DNA of 64,000 nucleotides. Source: Pachysolen tannophilus NRRL Y-2460 (taxonomy: Eukaryota). This document shows, piece after piece, positions 33,260-45,097 of the stretch (its first letter is position 1; each line of letters starts with the position of its first letter). Below the pieces are notes generated by a model. The model did not search any database, was not told the DNA's origin, and was given only the letters and a program-made list of their open reading frames with translations. The stretch is taken from positions 1,900,041 to 1,964,040 of the forward strand of contig KV454011.1 of NCBI GenBank assembly GCA_001661245.1, read 5' to 3'. The position numbers and the translations under genes are program-made.

Positions 33260-35434
33260 TTATACGAACAGTTGTAGTACGCTATCTATCTTTACTCCCA
33301 TTTCTTGCCACTCACCTTCGGGGTCACTAAGTACAGTGATTGCTCCTCCTGCACCTATTCTCCATAGATTTGAAGTTGGGGTGTTTTGGAGATCATTAGT
33401 GTAGTGATAACAGCTTCTTATTATTACAGACCAATCTGAAAAATTATTCAAAGACCAGTAGCCGCATATACCTGAATAGATTCCTCTTCTTTTGTTTTGT
33501 TCTATTTTTTGTAGGAGTTCTACAGACCTCTTTTTGGGTGCACCAGTCATGGATCCTGGAGGTAATGACTCAGATAAGATGTCGATACCGGTATACCTTG
33601 AGTTGGAGAAACTTCCTTCGATGACACTTACAAGTTGGTATACTGTTTTATATTTTTCCACTTCCATTAATTTTGGTACATGAACTTTATCCAAGAAGTT
33701 GTAAAGATCATGTCTGATCAAATCAACAATCATCAAATTTTCACCCATTTCTTTTGGAGTGTGTAAGATTTTAGAAGCTTTTTCAAAAGTCATATTAGGG
33801 GAATTTTTAAGTGTTCCCTTAATTGGTCTTAATTGACATTTTTCATTATTCCAAGAAATAAATCTTTCTGGAGAAGAGGATATTAGTTCACAATCTTGAA
33901 ATTTTAAAAAACTTGAATAAGGAGATGGGTTTCTCTTTGCTAAGATTTTATAAATTGACCAAGAATCTATATCATTAGGAATCTCCATTAAACATTGTGT
34001 AGTTAGACATAGTTCATAAGAATCTCCTTTCTTTAAATATTTTTGACATTGTTCAAATTGCTTAAAATAATTTTCTTTATCTGGTTTGTGAAATTTAATC
34101 TTTTGGGAAGTTAACTCAGTTAGTTCCAGTACAGAATTGACAATAGGATCATAATTTTTTTCAATAATTATTTTTGGTAAAGTATCACTCATTTTTGTAA
34201 TCCATTCATCATCATTGTTTAATATACTAGCAATATAAAATAGATCTTTCTTTAAATCGTGTAATATAAACCTTTCAATAAAGCATAATTTTGTATCAGG
34301 TATTGGTTCATCAGTTTGTTGTTGTAAATCGGCTGAATTTATGAAAAAACCTTCTTCATACGAAAAAAATCCAATCAAACCACCAACAAATGGTAATTGC
34401 TCTTGAATTGAGCCAATCATCTTGCTTGACATGTAATCAGAAACAAATTTCCATATTGAATTGTTTAATTTAACAATTTTTTTATCAAATTTATTACCCC
34501 AGGTAGATAATTCTACTATATTTGGTACATCTGTAGAATGTGTTATAACTTCTGATTTACCTATAATCGGTAATCCAATAATAGACCAATCACCTGGAGA
34601 TGATGCACTATTTAATAATAAGAAATCCTGATTAAGTTCATGTTTTAAATAATCACAAACTTCAATAGTTGAAAGTGAACTACTACTAATTGTTTTAAAT
34701 TTTAAAAAATTCTCATTATTAAAAGTATTAGCATTCATCAATGGAATCGGCCTTATTATATGCTCATCATATTCTAAACTGTTGTCTCTAATGATGACTC
34801 TATGTGAATCTTTGTTATAACTTTTAGCAATTTCCCAAAAATTTTTAATCATAGTAGAACCATATTCGGAACAAATCGATTCTGGATGATATTGTACTCC
34901 AAAATGTGGCAACTTCAGATCTCTGACAGCCATTAATATATCCTCACTACCATCTCTAGTATAAGCCAAGGGTAAGACTCTTTCTTGTGGATCAGTTAAA
35001 TTGACATGTAAAGAATGGTAGCGTACACTTTTAAAATTAGAATCTATACCCTTGAACAAATTATCTCTACCATCACCAACCACATTTACATCACATACCT
35101 GACCATGCTTTATATCTTCCAAATAATCAACCTTGTTGCCATACAAACTGCACAAGACTTGAAAACCCAAACAAATCCCCAAAATCGGAATTTGCCTCTG
35201 CTGTGAAAATAAATCACCTATACTTCCAATATCTTTTAAATTCTCAGGATGACCAGGACCTGGCCCGACTATTATACAGTCAAATTTCTCAAGAAATTTG
35301 TCAAGACCAGAAGAGTCCTCAAAATTAAACGAATCATTATAAACAGTGTAAACTTTTGCCCCTGTAGAAGTTTCAACCAAATTTTTCAAATTAAACGTAA
35401 ATGAATCATACGAATCGACTAATAGAATTGACAT
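33260..35434 (-). CDS. ABZ1: Aminodeoxychorismate synthase (PabA-PabB fusion)
   Basis: LLVDSYDSFTFNL, GPGPG.P, PILGICLGFQ, RYHSL, GVQYHPES; chorismate domain SSSPERF, ENLMIVDLIRHDL, PPGSMTGAPK. First ATG at 35434. Confidence 0.96.
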   Translation of the reverse strand: MSILLVDSYDSFTFNLKNLVETSTGAKVYTVYNDSFNFEDSSGLDKFLEKFDCIIVGPGPGHPENLKDIGSIGDLFSQQRQIPILGICLGFQVLCSLYGNKVDYLEDIKHGQVCDVNVVGDGRDNLFKGIDSNFKSVRYHSLHVNLTDPQERVLPLAYTRDGSEDILMAVRDLKLPHFGVQYHPESICSEYGSTMIKNFWEIAKSYNKDSHRVIIRDNSLEYDEHIIRPIPLMNANTFNNENFLKFKTISSSSLSTIEVCDYLKHELNQDFLLLNSASSPGDWSIIGLPIIGKSEVITHSTDVPNIVELSTWGNKFDKKIVKLNNSIWKFVSDYMSSKMIGSIQEQLPFVGGLIGFFSYEEGFFINSADLQQQTDEPIPDTKLCFIERFILHDLKKDLFYIASILNNDDEWITKMSDTLPKIIIEKNYDPIVNSVLELTELTSQKIKFHKPDKENYFKQFEQCQKYLKKGDSYELCLTTQCLMEIPNDIDSWSIYKILAKRNPSPYSSFLKFQDCELISSSPERFISWNNEKCQLRPIKGTLKNSPNMTFEKASKILHTPKEMGENLMIVDLIRHDLYNFLDKVHVPKLMEVEKYKTVYQLVSVIEGSFSNSRYTGIDILSESLPPGSMTGAPKKRSVELLQKIEQNKRRGIYSGICGYWSLNNFSDWSVIIRSCYHYTNDLQNTPTSNLWRIGAGGAITVLSDPEGEWQEMGVKIDSVLQLFV

Positions 35435-35630
35435 GATCTTTACCACAACCACTTCCTTAAGCCAACAAAAAAAAAAACTTTATAACTATCACCAAAATTA
35501 GCAAATCAGCAACTAATTTCTTCTACCTTCTACCTTCTACCTTCTAATCAAATACTCTAGTAAACTTCTATTCCACTCTTTTCTTCTTCTTCTTCTTCTT
35601 GATAGTGAAAAATGGAAAATGAAAAAAAAA

Positions 35631-35638
35631 CTCATCGC
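35631..35638 (-). promoter_or_regulatory. PAC element (GCGATGAG) next to RRPE-like TGAAAAA tracts
   Basis: Exact CTCATCGC in the divergent ABZ1/HRT3 promoter. Confidence 0.45.
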
Positions 35639-35791
35639 ACAAAAGTAGTGTTAGAGTGCGTCAAAAGACGATTTAGTTTTAAAGGTCTTAATCTTTAATC
35701 AGAAGATTGGATGGGGTTTAGATAAATGAATAATTGCGAGATATTGTGAAACTTTGAGTGAGAGTTTGAAAGAAGGAATATATATAGATAT

Positions 35792-36970
35792 ATGATTATG
35801 GGGTCCGTTGAGTTGGAATCAGATCTTAATAGGCTTTCTTTAAAAGAGACTTTAAATTATAATGCTAGTGATCCAAATCAACGGTATAGAGATAAATTAG
35901 AAAATTTGTCTCCAAGATCAATGGAAGCTTTAACTGTTTTCCAAGTTGGAGTTTCCAAAGAAATGGTTGGTAAGATGAGTGATGCTATTGAAAATTATAG
36001 GAAAGCTGAAAAATTAGATAAAGATGTTGAAAAATTGTATAGGGCAAAAATTTACGCAGAATCACAAAGTGTACCTGAAAATAGTAAAGATGGTGAAATT
36101 ATAATAGAAAAGCCAATAGTTTTAAATGAAAAAGAAGTTGCTAAAATTGATGCTAAGAAGTTATTGTCAACTTTTAAAAATTCACAAATTCTTATAAAAA
36201 ATCAAGAATTACCACCAACCATATCTATACTTCCTGATGATGTTATATTATTAATCATGGAATATTTAGCAGAAATTGATACTCCTTCATGGATTCAATT
36301 TTCTCTTTGTTGTAAAAAATTATCACATTTAGGTTTTTGTACAAGTGATGTTTGGAGAAAATTATGTTTTTTAACTTTTCCTTATCAAAATTATGAACCT
36401 GAAGTTGCAGCTTTAAATGGTATTACTAAAAATCAAGATAAAATCGTGGGGATATACGATAATAGTTGGTATAACATGTATCGCCAAAGGCCTTTTATAA
36501 AATTTAATGGGATATACATAAGTATAGTCAACTATTATAGAGAAGGTGGTAAATCAGAGGGTTCATCTCTGTGGACAAACCCAATAAGAATGATCACTTA
36601 TTATAGATATTTAAGATTTTACAAAGATGGCTCTGTTTTAAAGTTGCTCACTAGTGATGAACCTACATCAATAGTTCCAAAAATAAACAAAAATTGGAAA
36701 GAACAGACAAACCTCAAGGTCTATAAAGGAACTTGGTATATAACACCAGAAGGTAATATCAGTATCAAAAGTGAAGGTTCGGTAAAGAATTATCTTTTCA
36801 TTGAAAATTTAAGCATAAAAAATTCTTCAAAATTGAGAAAACACAACAAATTGTCCTGGATAAACTACGAGTTTATGGATAACGAAACTACAGAACTCTA
36901 CGAATTCGATATCAAAAAAGAGAAACCATACATATTCTCTAGAGTCAAGTCATATAAAGACGATATATAA
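35792..36970 (+). CDS. HRT3: F-box protein Hrt3 (FBXO9-like)
   Basis: N-terminal E..GKMSDAI..YRKA, F-box ISILPDDVIL.IM, RPFIKFNGIYIS.VNY.R.G, ITYYRYLRFY.DG, FSRVKSY. Confidence 0.9.
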   Translation: MIMGSVELESDLNRLSLKETLNYNASDPNQRYRDKLENLSPRSMEALTVFQVGVSKEMVGKMSDAIENYRKAEKLDKDVEKLYRAKIYAESQSVPENSKDGEIIIEKPIVLNEKEVAKIDAKKLLSTFKNSQILIKNQELPPTISILPDDVILLIMEYLAEIDTPSWIQFSLCCKKLSHLGFCTSDVWRKLCFLTFPYQNYEPEVAALNGITKNQDKIVGIYDNSWYNMYRQRPFIKFNGIYISIVNYYREGGKSEGSSLWTNPIRMITYYRYLRFYKDGSVLKLLTSDEPTSIVPKINKNWKEQTNLKVYKGTWYITPEGNISIKSEGSVKNYLFIENLSIKNSSKLRKHNKLSWINYEFMDNETTELYEFDIKKEKPYIFSRVKSYKDDI

Positions 36971-37274
36971 AATAAAAAGCATATATATATATATATATAT
37001 CTATATATATATATAAAGTGAAAAATAAAATATTTCCTCTTTAAGTAATTTTTGTGTGATTTTAAATGATTTCTTATAAATTTCCTAAAACGGTAATAAT
37101 TTTTATTGGCTTTTTTTTTTTGTATCGTCTATTGTCACATGCAAATTTTTCAATTATGTCTAAGATTGAGAGTATGGAATAGCATATGATAATTTCAAAT
37201 TCACCAAAGACAAGACAGGTTTGGCGCTTATCCTGTTTGTTTAGATCGAAATCGGATAGTGTTTGGAAAATAGC

Positions 37275-39071
37275 ATGTCTGATTTAAATAATTTTTTTCC
37301 AGGATATGGCAATAATGGTAGTAATATTGGTGCGAGTACCAATGATATCGGTATTAATAATGGTAGTAAAGGTATTAATGGTAAAAACGGTATTAAATGT
37401 ATTGGAACGCAGGCGTCTTCGGTAGATTCTTACATCAATGTATCTTCAACGTCGTCATTGTCATTGTCGGATTATAGTGGTAATCAGCAAGCGAGGCAGC
37501 AGCTACTGTCGTGCTCATCATTACTGTCATCATTACTGCCCTCGGTACAACTGACTTCAAGGTCTTTGGCTGGGGTGGATGTGGATAATAAAGCCAATAC
37601 TAATACTAATTTTATGGGTAATATAATGGGGTTATCTGCTACATCTACTGGAAATGAGTTACTGCTGGTTAATATTGATGGGCTATTTGATGTTGATGGA
37701 ATAGATTTTGAAACTGCTTACAAGATGATCACTAATGATCTAGATTCTAGTAAGGTGGGGACAGGTCCAGTTGTATCCAATTTGAATTCTCTTGGGTCGT
37801 TATCTAAAATGTCAAACTTGAAAATGGCAAATACCAATGTTGGATCATCCGCTTCTTTGAACCTTTTGGATTCTACAAGTAATATTTATGAAAAAAAGGA
37901 AAAAGCTAATAGTAGCACTAATAAGAATAATAACATTACAGCTAATTATGGAAATCAAATTTTTGCAAATAATGATCTTCGACCCATTACACCAGAACCA
38001 TTATTAGATTTACACTCGTACAATGATCAAGAGAACTTGCTGTATAAATCTCCAAATACGTTATCAAGCGAAAGATTATTACAAGAACATAGAAATGCTA
38101 TTATAGAAGCGGGATTAAAAGCTCACAATCAACATCAGGGTATGAATCTGAACTCTTATGAACCTAATACACGTTTTGCTGTTTCACCAAATACTAGAAA
38201 CATTTTAAACTCTATAAACAATTTTAATTCAATGAATAAGAACTTTAATTTTAATAATTCGGGATATGAGTTGTTATCCTTGACAGAAAGTTCTGCATTA
38301 GAAAATTTTCTTGATAGTGTGGTTGATGAAACAAAACTAAGTAACTTGGAAAAACATTGGTCTTCGATAGATCCATTGGCATCAGAAAGTTTATCTGCCT
38401 CTAAAAGAGAACAATCACAACCAACAAATGCAATTAATAATTGTTTGCTTCCGGGTTTACAAACAGATACAACTACAGTTGGTAATAATTTAATTAAAAA
38501 TGAAGATATAAATTCGAATTTACCTCTTCCTTTTCTTCGAGGTACCACAACTAATACAAATAGAATCACTGACTCAGGGGAGAATTATTACAATAGTGAC
38601 ATCAAAGAGCAAATAAAGAAGGAGTATGTTGAATCGGCTAGCGATTCACAACCGCAGGTAAAGAAAAGAGGAAGGAAAAAGAAAATTGAAAACTCAAACT
38701 CTTCGTTAGCACAGTCATCGTTATCGCCATCGTTGTCTTGCGATTCAAAAAGAATGAAGAAATCGCCGCTGGCATCGGATCAGAAAAAATCACACCGTAA
38801 AATCCTTTCTGAAGATGAAAGAAAATTCAATCATACTGAATCAGAAAAGAGGAGAAGAGCAATGATTAAACAATCATACGATGCATTATTAGAGACTATA
38901 AAAGCTGAAAACTGTTATAGTAAAAAAAGATCATGTAGTGGTAAGGATGAAAACAAAAAGTCTAAGTCAAAACTGAAAAAATCTAATTCCAAATATGCTG
39001 TAATGAGTACTGTAATTGAAGAAATTGAATGGTTGGTTGATGTCAACAACAAATTGAAAAATAAGGTATAG
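37275..39071 (+). CDS. INO2: bHLH transcription factor, Ino2-like
   Basis: C-terminal bHLH (LSEDERKFNHTESEKRRRAMIKQSYD.L...SKY.V...IEEI.WL...N.KL), internal LLS.TESSALENFLDS motif, and location between HRT3 and KIN1. First ATG at 37275. Confidence 0.7.
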   Translation: MSDLNNFFPGYGNNGSNIGASTNDIGINNGSKGINGKNGIKCIGTQASSVDSYINVSSTSSLSLSDYSGNQQARQQLLSCSSLLSSLLPSVQLTSRSLAGVDVDNKANTNTNFMGNIMGLSATSTGNELLLVNIDGLFDVDGIDFETAYKMITNDLDSSKVGTGPVVSNLNSLGSLSKMSNLKMANTNVGSSASLNLLDSTSNIYEKKEKANSSTNKNNNITANYGNQIFANNDLRPITPEPLLDLHSYNDQENLLYKSPNTLSSERLLQEHRNAIIEAGLKAHNQHQGMNLNSYEPNTRFAVSPNTRNILNSINNFNSMNKNFNFNNSGYELLSLTESSALENFLDSVVDETKLSNLEKHWSSIDPLASESLSASKREQSQPTNAINNCLLPGLQTDTTTVGNNLIKNEDINSNLPLPFLRGTTTNTNRITDSGENYYNSDIKEQIKKEYVESASDSQPQVKKRGRKKKIENSNSSLAQSSLSPSLSCDSKRMKKSPLASDQKKSHRKILSEDERKFNHTESEKRRRAMIKQSYDALLETIKAENCYSKKRSCSGKDENKKSKSKLKKSNSKYAVMSTVIEEIEWLVDVNNKLKNKV

Positions 39072-39496
39072 TTAGAAGAAAGAGGTTCCAAAAAAAAAAA
39101 ATCTTTTCTTGTGGAAATAATGATATATATATATATGTATATGTACGTTAATGGTGCTTGCTACTAATGCAATTTTGCAAATGACATTTCAACAACGTAT
39201 AGTTATAATATACCCAACTAAAATATTGAAAATATTAAATATTAAGGAGCGACCACGAAACTAATAACAAGAACAATGAAAAGTCAAAGAAGTAAAAATA
39301 GTAAAATAAAAGCAAAAAACAATAGGAATGTAGGAATTATTATGTATATCTTTAGATGTCACTTAAAAAAAAAAAAAAATGGAGAAAAAAAAAAAGAAGA
39401 AATAAAAAAAATAAAAAAATGAAATGAAAAATGAAAAATGGAAAATGAAAATAAAATAATAAGCTAAAAATTAAAAGAAATTTATTAAAAGCGTTT

Positions 39497-42400
39497 TCAT
39501 AAATTTAATGCTTGCAAAATCTGACCTGCTAATGCTTTATACATCCAGGTATTACCTGTCAATTTCTTAAACTGAACACCAAATAAGCCAACTAAAGGAA
39601 CTTTAACAATATGAATCTCAAACTTCAATGGTGTTCTTCTCTCATTCTTATTTGAATCGATCCTATTCACGTTGTTATTACCAGCACTGTTTAGGTTCGC
39701 ACTAACAGCACTTTGATCAGTATATGCAGTTGTAGCAAAATTCAGCGATGTTACATGCTGAGTATTTGAACCCTTAGAGGTCTTCCCATTATTTCCGCTG
39801 GAAATATGTTGTTGTTCAACTCTAGAAGAATCCAACATGTCAGAGCCACCTCTAACATAATGTAAAGAATCCAAAGAGTCTTGACTTTCTGTACTATTGA
39901 ACGAGCGCGAATGCTGGTGACGTTGAATATTAACAGGTGCAGGTGTTAACGTCATTAGATTGTCGTTGAATCCTGCACTATTTGAAGCAGTCGGCGTTGT
40001 TGCAATGTTAGGATTGATCCTCAATTGATCTGGCTTCTTTCTGTAGTTCAATAGACCATTGCCCAATGAGAATTTACGCTTATGAGTTTTGGACATCGAA
40101 GCAGGACTGGTAATAGATGATGGCACACGATTAAGCCCATTGGAAGAACGTGAAGATGAATCACCAGAAATAACGTCTTCTCCCACATTAGGTTCTTTTT
40201 CATCTGAAGAACCTCTTGCCGACGAATCTGAACTCAAATGTGAACGTGTCCTTGTAACAGGAGGGGTCTTATCTCCTTCAGTAACATTGGTTCTATTCTC
40301 TTCTTTCGTTCTGTTTTCTTCTTTCCCTTCATCAGATACACTTCCACCGTTATCTTCCTGTTCTTCCTGAGTAGTAATCACTTTTGGTACAACCGAAGTG
40401 TTGATTGATGGAACATGATAACAGATAAAGCCTCCTTTAACTTCCTTAAACTGAACATTCAATTGTTTCAAGACATTTATAATATTATATCTGATAACAG
40501 GCAAAGGTTTGGTAGATGTTGTTTGAACTGAGAAAAATCCCTTCAAAAACAAAGTTCTTGGATATTCAATTGATGGCATAGTTCCACTTGGGGCATGCTC
40601 AAAGTTAGCGATCAACTCTGCCTCAGTCATTTCCTTACCAGTATCATTACTAGAAATACTGTTTTGTTTCGATCTCTTGATAATTGAAGTATTGAAATCA
40701 TCATCGTTGAGATTAACATCATCGAAAAAGCCTTCATCTTGATTATGCTGAGGTAACAGTGGAACAGGTGGCACTTGTCCGTTCTTGTCTAGCAACGAAT
40801 TTTTTCTGACATGGCCAACCGATTTAGCTCTTGCTGATGGATGCATCTTACGCGAAGTGCCTTTTGGTTTCAATAAATTAGCATTTTCGGTAGTATTACC
40901 AGAAATTTCTTGCAGTTGCAGTAACTGCTTTGCTCTTAACAATTTGTCCTCGTTACTACCCACCGAAACAGAAACCGCTCTTTGATGAGGTTGTTGGTCT
41001 TGGTTAGGTTGTACAACCAACGTATTCTGTGGTAATGGTGGAAATTTCTGATTCCTCAATTGCTCTTTTTCTTTCGAAGTTATCTTCATGCTTCCCACAC
41101 GGCGAACCAAAGGTTCTATAGCAGTTTGTGGGTAATACTGCTTCAATTCATCATGCAGTGGAGGTGATGGCGATTCATATGCATTTACAGACGGAATCTT
41201 AGATGATCTATCGACATCATCATTTTCTGTTGTGGTCGTAAATGGTTGCTGATAGTGTTGGTTGGAATAATTGTGAGTAGGCGAACTTACAATGATTGGA
41301 GTCTTCAATTTCTTACTGCTGAGCCTTCTAAATAACGAATTGAAGCCACCTTTGTTGGCCGTGGAAGCATTGTGCTCATTAGCATACTGTTGATGTAATT
41401 CTTTCTGCTGTGGTGACGGAATACTGGTAGAAACAGGTGAAAGTGATCCTATTGGATTAGTGTTAGCGGAAATCAATGCCTGATCAATATTTGAAGTCTT
41501 AACTGATTTTGGAGATTGGCTACGACTAGATTGTTGAAGTGGTATAGAACCTGGTGTAAACTCACGTTGTTCTTGTTGTGGGGTATGAGGTTTATAATTC
41601 ATCTGTCCATGAGTTGTTGAAGTGTAAGCAGCCTCAGGATATGCTAAAACTGGTTTCAGCGTAATTTTCGATGATACGTATTCCAGAGCAATCTGTTGTT
41701 CTCTTTCGGATTCTTGAGCTTTCAATTTTGACTCATCCGTTTCTTCCACCGCTTTTTCAATTTGCTTTTGCATATCCTGCTGTGATGTACCGGCATCAGC
41801 AAAAACATCTCTTTGAGTCTGAGCCAGCTGAATATCGGTCTTGCTTGCCTCCATCTTTGCCTTCTTACGTTTCTTCATTTCGTCTACCAAGAAGTATATT
41901 GAAATTAGGGGATGGTATCCAATTGTTGGATCAGGCATATATGTATCATATTGATCAGTAAAAGTTTCATTGTTTTGTTTCTTATACCAGTTATCAACGC
42001 ACAGAAGATATTCTTCTGAAGTTAAAACTTCAGTTAAATCGTTTACTATTTGATCTTCAGTACCTAATTCCAATCTCAGAATTTCTTTAACAATTTCTAA
42101 GTCCAATGGTAAAACCAAAGGCAATCTGTGCGGAACATATGTACATGGAGGAGATCCATATCCTTGGATTATCCAAGGATGATGCATAATTTCCGGTAAA
42201 GTAGCTCTTTTAATCGGATCTACCACTAGCATCCTTTTCAATAATGATAAACATTCGGGAGATAAAAATTTCGGATATTCGACATGTCCTTGCTTAATTT
42301 TATCGTGCAAAACACTGACACTTTGATCATCAAATGGAACCTTTCCGCAGACTAGAACATATAAAACCACACCAAATGACCAAATATCCACTTCTGGCCC

Positions 42401-44110
42401 AACATACGGATGAGCTGAAAGTAATTCCGGAGCTGCAAAATATAAAGAACCACAAAAAGTTTTCAATAAATGTTTGCGATCATAAAGGTTAGATAATCCG
42501 AAATCGATAATCTTTATTTCACCGGTTTTAGATATCATAATGTTTTCAATTTTCAAATCTCTATGAACAATGCTATTCGAATGACAATAGAATAAAGCAG
42601 AAGATATACCACGGGCAAATTTTCTTGCGTGCCTTTCTTTTAAAGATCCATGAGAAACAATATAATCTAACATCTGACCACCTGAGACGTATTCAAAAAG
42701 CATATAATAATGGTTTGACATCGGTACCATATCAAACAATCTACAAATAAATGGATGATACATTATCTTATCTAGCGCAGCTTCTCTGATAGTTCTAGTA
42801 TCTCTTGCTACTTCTTTCTCATATTCTTTGCGCCTTTTCAGTAATTCTCCTGGGTCACTAGTTGGAGGGTCATCAGCATGCATTCTCAACCATATTTTAG
42901 CTGCGCGAGGAACAACTTTAACAGCACAGATTTCGTTTGTCTTTCTATGTCTTGCCAACTTCACTTTACCCATTGAACCAGCTCCAATTGTCTTGTAAAA
43001 ATCCCAATCTCCTATTGATTTTCTATGAAATTGGGTTGATGATGGCTGTTGTTGTAACGGTGGTGGCTGCTGTGACTGAGATTGTTGTTGTGATTGAGGA
43101 GGTATCACTAAAGGTGTTTGTTGCAGTTCCAGTTTTTGCTGCTGCTGTGGTGGTAATGGGTTGGAAACGGAATGCAGATGAATGGATGAGCTCACAGGCT
43201 TGGCAATTGGTTGAGAAACCGTTCTGGGCTGATGTTGATTACTGTTGATTGTATTTGTATCCACAGTAAGTGGAGGCAATAAACTATTTCCTTCTTGTGG
43301 TTGTTGTGGTTGTTGTGGTTGTTGTTGTTGATGTAAAGGAAAATTCATTCTTTGGGTTGAACTTGGAGACCTTTGATTCTGATATTGGGTTTGTACTGCT
43401 GCAGCCATTTGCGCTGATACTGATCTTGGTGTTTGAATTTGCGGCTGTTGCTGATGTTGCGACATTAATCTTGATTGTTGTGGTGAAACAACCATTCCAG
43501 GAACCGGTACCTGTGCTCCATTAGATGCAACTCTTCTTGAAGTGGACGGTGTTCTTTGTTGTAACGGCGACAGCTGCAGCAGTTGAAATTGCAGCAACTG
43601 TTGCAGTTCCTGTTGAAGTTGGAAATTTGTATTTATGTGATAATCATTCAAATTATTGTTGCTCGGATTCAAAATGTTACTACTTGCATTTCTCAACATT
43701 CTTGGTGTTGCTGGTGCTGCATTTGGCTGAGCGCCACTTCTATACATACCGCTGTTACCGATTACTGTTGCTGTATTGGTATTGACATTGACATTGGTAT
43801 TGGCACCAGCACCAGCACCAGAGGCGGCGGTGCCGGCCGAAATAGCGTTACCGCCGCCCGTGCTACCGCCACTGCTCGCACTACTGATATGATTACTACC
43901 TGATGAAGATTGCTGATGATGCCTCACTTTTGGTAAAATATTTGTTATATGTTGCGATGGATCTAACATATTGTACTGCAACAGCTGCAGTTGTTGTTGT
44001 TGTTGTTGTTGTTGTTGCAGCAATGGTTGACTACTTCTAACATTGTTATTGTTATTGTTATTGTTCGATGGCGACCTGACATCATCATCATTATAACTTC
44101 TGTTTAACAT
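39497..44110 (-). CDS. KIN1: PAR-1/MARK-family Ser/Thr kinase Kin1/Kin2
   Basis: FHRKSIGDWDF..TIGAGSMGKVKLA, HRDLKIENI, DFGLSN, FCGSLYFAAPELL; KA1 domain PLKFEIHIVKVPLVGLFGVQFKK..GNTW.YK.LA..IL..LNL. First ATG at 44110. Confidence 0.96.
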   Translation of the reverse strand: MLNRSYNDDDVRSPSNNNNNNNNVRSSQPLLQQQQQQQQQLQLLQYNMLDPSQHITNILPKVRHHQQSSSGSNHISSASSGGSTGGGNAISAGTAASGAGAGANTNVNVNTNTATVIGNSGMYRSGAQPNAAPATPRMLRNASSNILNPSNNNLNDYHINTNFQLQQELQQLLQFQLLQLSPLQQRTPSTSRRVASNGAQVPVPGMVVSPQQSRLMSQHQQQPQIQTPRSVSAQMAAAVQTQYQNQRSPSSTQRMNFPLHQQQQPQQPQQPQEGNSLLPPLTVDTNTINSNQHQPRTVSQPIAKPVSSSIHLHSVSNPLPPQQQQKLELQQTPLVIPPQSQQQSQSQQPPPLQQQPSSTQFHRKSIGDWDFYKTIGAGSMGKVKLARHRKTNEICAVKVVPRAAKIWLRMHADDPPTSDPGELLKRRKEYEKEVARDTRTIREAALDKIMYHPFICRLFDMVPMSNHYYMLFEYVSGGQMLDYIVSHGSLKERHARKFARGISSALFYCHSNSIVHRDLKIENIMISKTGEIKIIDFGLSNLYDRKHLLKTFCGSLYFAAPELLSAHPYVGPEVDIWSFGVVLYVLVCGKVPFDDQSVSVLHDKIKQGHVEYPKFLSPECLSLLKRMLVVDPIKRATLPEIMHHPWIIQGYGSPPCTYVPHRLPLVLPLDLEIVKEILRLELGTEDQIVNDLTEVLTSEEYLLCVDNWYKKQNNETFTDQYDTYMPDPTIGYHPLISIYFLVDEMKKRKKAKMEASKTDIQLAQTQRDVFADAGTSQQDMQKQIEKAVEETDESKLKAQESEREQQIALEYVSSKITLKPVLAYPEAAYTSTTHGQMNYKPHTPQQEQREFTPGSIPLQQSSRSQSPKSVKTSNIDQALISANTNPIGSLSPVSTSIPSPQQKELHQQYANEHNASTANKGGFNSLFRRLSSKKLKTPIIVSSPTHNYSNQHYQQPFTTTTENDDVDRSSKIPSVNAYESPSPPLHDELKQYYPQTAIEPLVRRVGSMKITSKEKEQLRNQKFPPLPQNTLVVQPNQDQQPHQRAVSVSVGSNEDKLLRAKQLLQLQEISGNTTENANLLKPKGTSRKMHPSARAKSVGHVRKNSLLDKNGQVPPVPLLPQHNQDEGFFDDVNLNDDDFNTSIIKRSKQNSISSNDTGKEMTEAELIANFEHAPSGTMPSIEYPRTLFLKGFFSVQTTSTKPLPVIRYNIINVLKQLNVQFKEVKGGFICYHVPSINTSVVPKVITTQEEQEDNGGSVSDEGKEENRTKEENRTNVTEGDKTPPVTRTRSHLSSDSSARGSSDEKEPNVGEDVISGDSSSRSSNGLNRVPSSITSPASMSKTHKRKFSLGNGLLNYRKKPDQLRINPNIATTPTASNSAGFNDNLMTLTPAPVNIQRHQHSRSFNSTESQDSLDSLHYVRGGSDMLDSSRVEQQHISSGNNGKTSKGSNTQHVTSLNFATTAYTDQSAVSANLNSAGNNNVNRIDSNKNERRTPLKFEIHIVKVPLVGLFGVQFKKLTGNTWMYKALAGQILQALNL

Positions 44111-45060
44111 AATCCTCAACTTCTACTCTTCTCAATCAACTCACTCCAACGATCTTCTCTGAATTGAAAAATACTAGATTTCTATTTCTACCTCTATTTA
44201 TTTATTGTGATATTTGTTTCGTTATTAATTGAACAAATAATACTCAAAATAAAAAAAAATATAAAAAAAAATAATTAAGAAAAAAAAAAAAAAAAAAAAA
44301 ATTGACCTCTCAACAATTCAATATCTTCTTGTTTTGTTAAAATTAATTCTTAAAATCTCTTTTATTTTCTTTTTAAAAAAAAAATCTTATCTAATGAGGA
44401 TATAATATCAACTCTCAAACAATTAATGTTATTTACCGAGAATTGATTGATTGGTATTCTCAATAAACAATAGATTTATTTTTTTGTTTTAATTGTGTAT
44501 TTATAATAGTAACACTTTTTGTTATTTTTTAATTTTTTTTTTTTTTTAATTTTTTAATATTTTTTATTTTTTTTTTTCCTTGGTTGCAAAAGGCGGGAAG
44601 TCCTCCAGTCAAACACCGGTAACTAAAAGGGATAAAAAACAAAAATTTAGTTCTTTATAAAATTAATCTAGTTCAAGTTCTTTTTCTTTTTTTCTTTCTA
44701 TATTTTAATCTTATTACAATATTATTTTTATTTTCAAATTTCATAATATCTATACTATAGATCTAGAGAATATAATATTATTATTGTATTTTGATAAAGT
44801 TATATGTAGCCTTTTTGTTCTTTTGTTGGAGCAGTGTAAAAAGTATTTTTTTTTCTTTTTTGATTAGAAAAGGTCATCCACCGCGTATTCCTCCTACACT
44901 ACAAACTCTTTTATTTTACAAATGAGATTTTAGCATAGCCAACTTTAAAAGATTCAATTAGACTACTAAGTTAATATTATAAAGGTGCTTCAAATAATTT
45001 TTTTTTTTTTTTTTTAAAGATAAATGATAAGTTGTGTTTGCTCTCTTGTATAATATGTGT

Positions 45061-45097
45061 GTACATTGCTGATGTACGTTGCTGATGTACATGGCTG
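45061..45097. repeat. Imperfect 13-bp tandem repeat x3 (GTACRTTGCTGAT)
   Basis: gtacattgctgat gtacgttgctgat gtacatggctg. Confidence 0.8.

Noticed and set aside
40089..43903. Multiple antisense and alternative-frame ORFs over KIN1 (likewise over EAF1, TRS130, GZF3, POS5, FKS)
   Set aside because: Shadow ORFs produced by CAG/CAA repeats and codon bias of the real genes.
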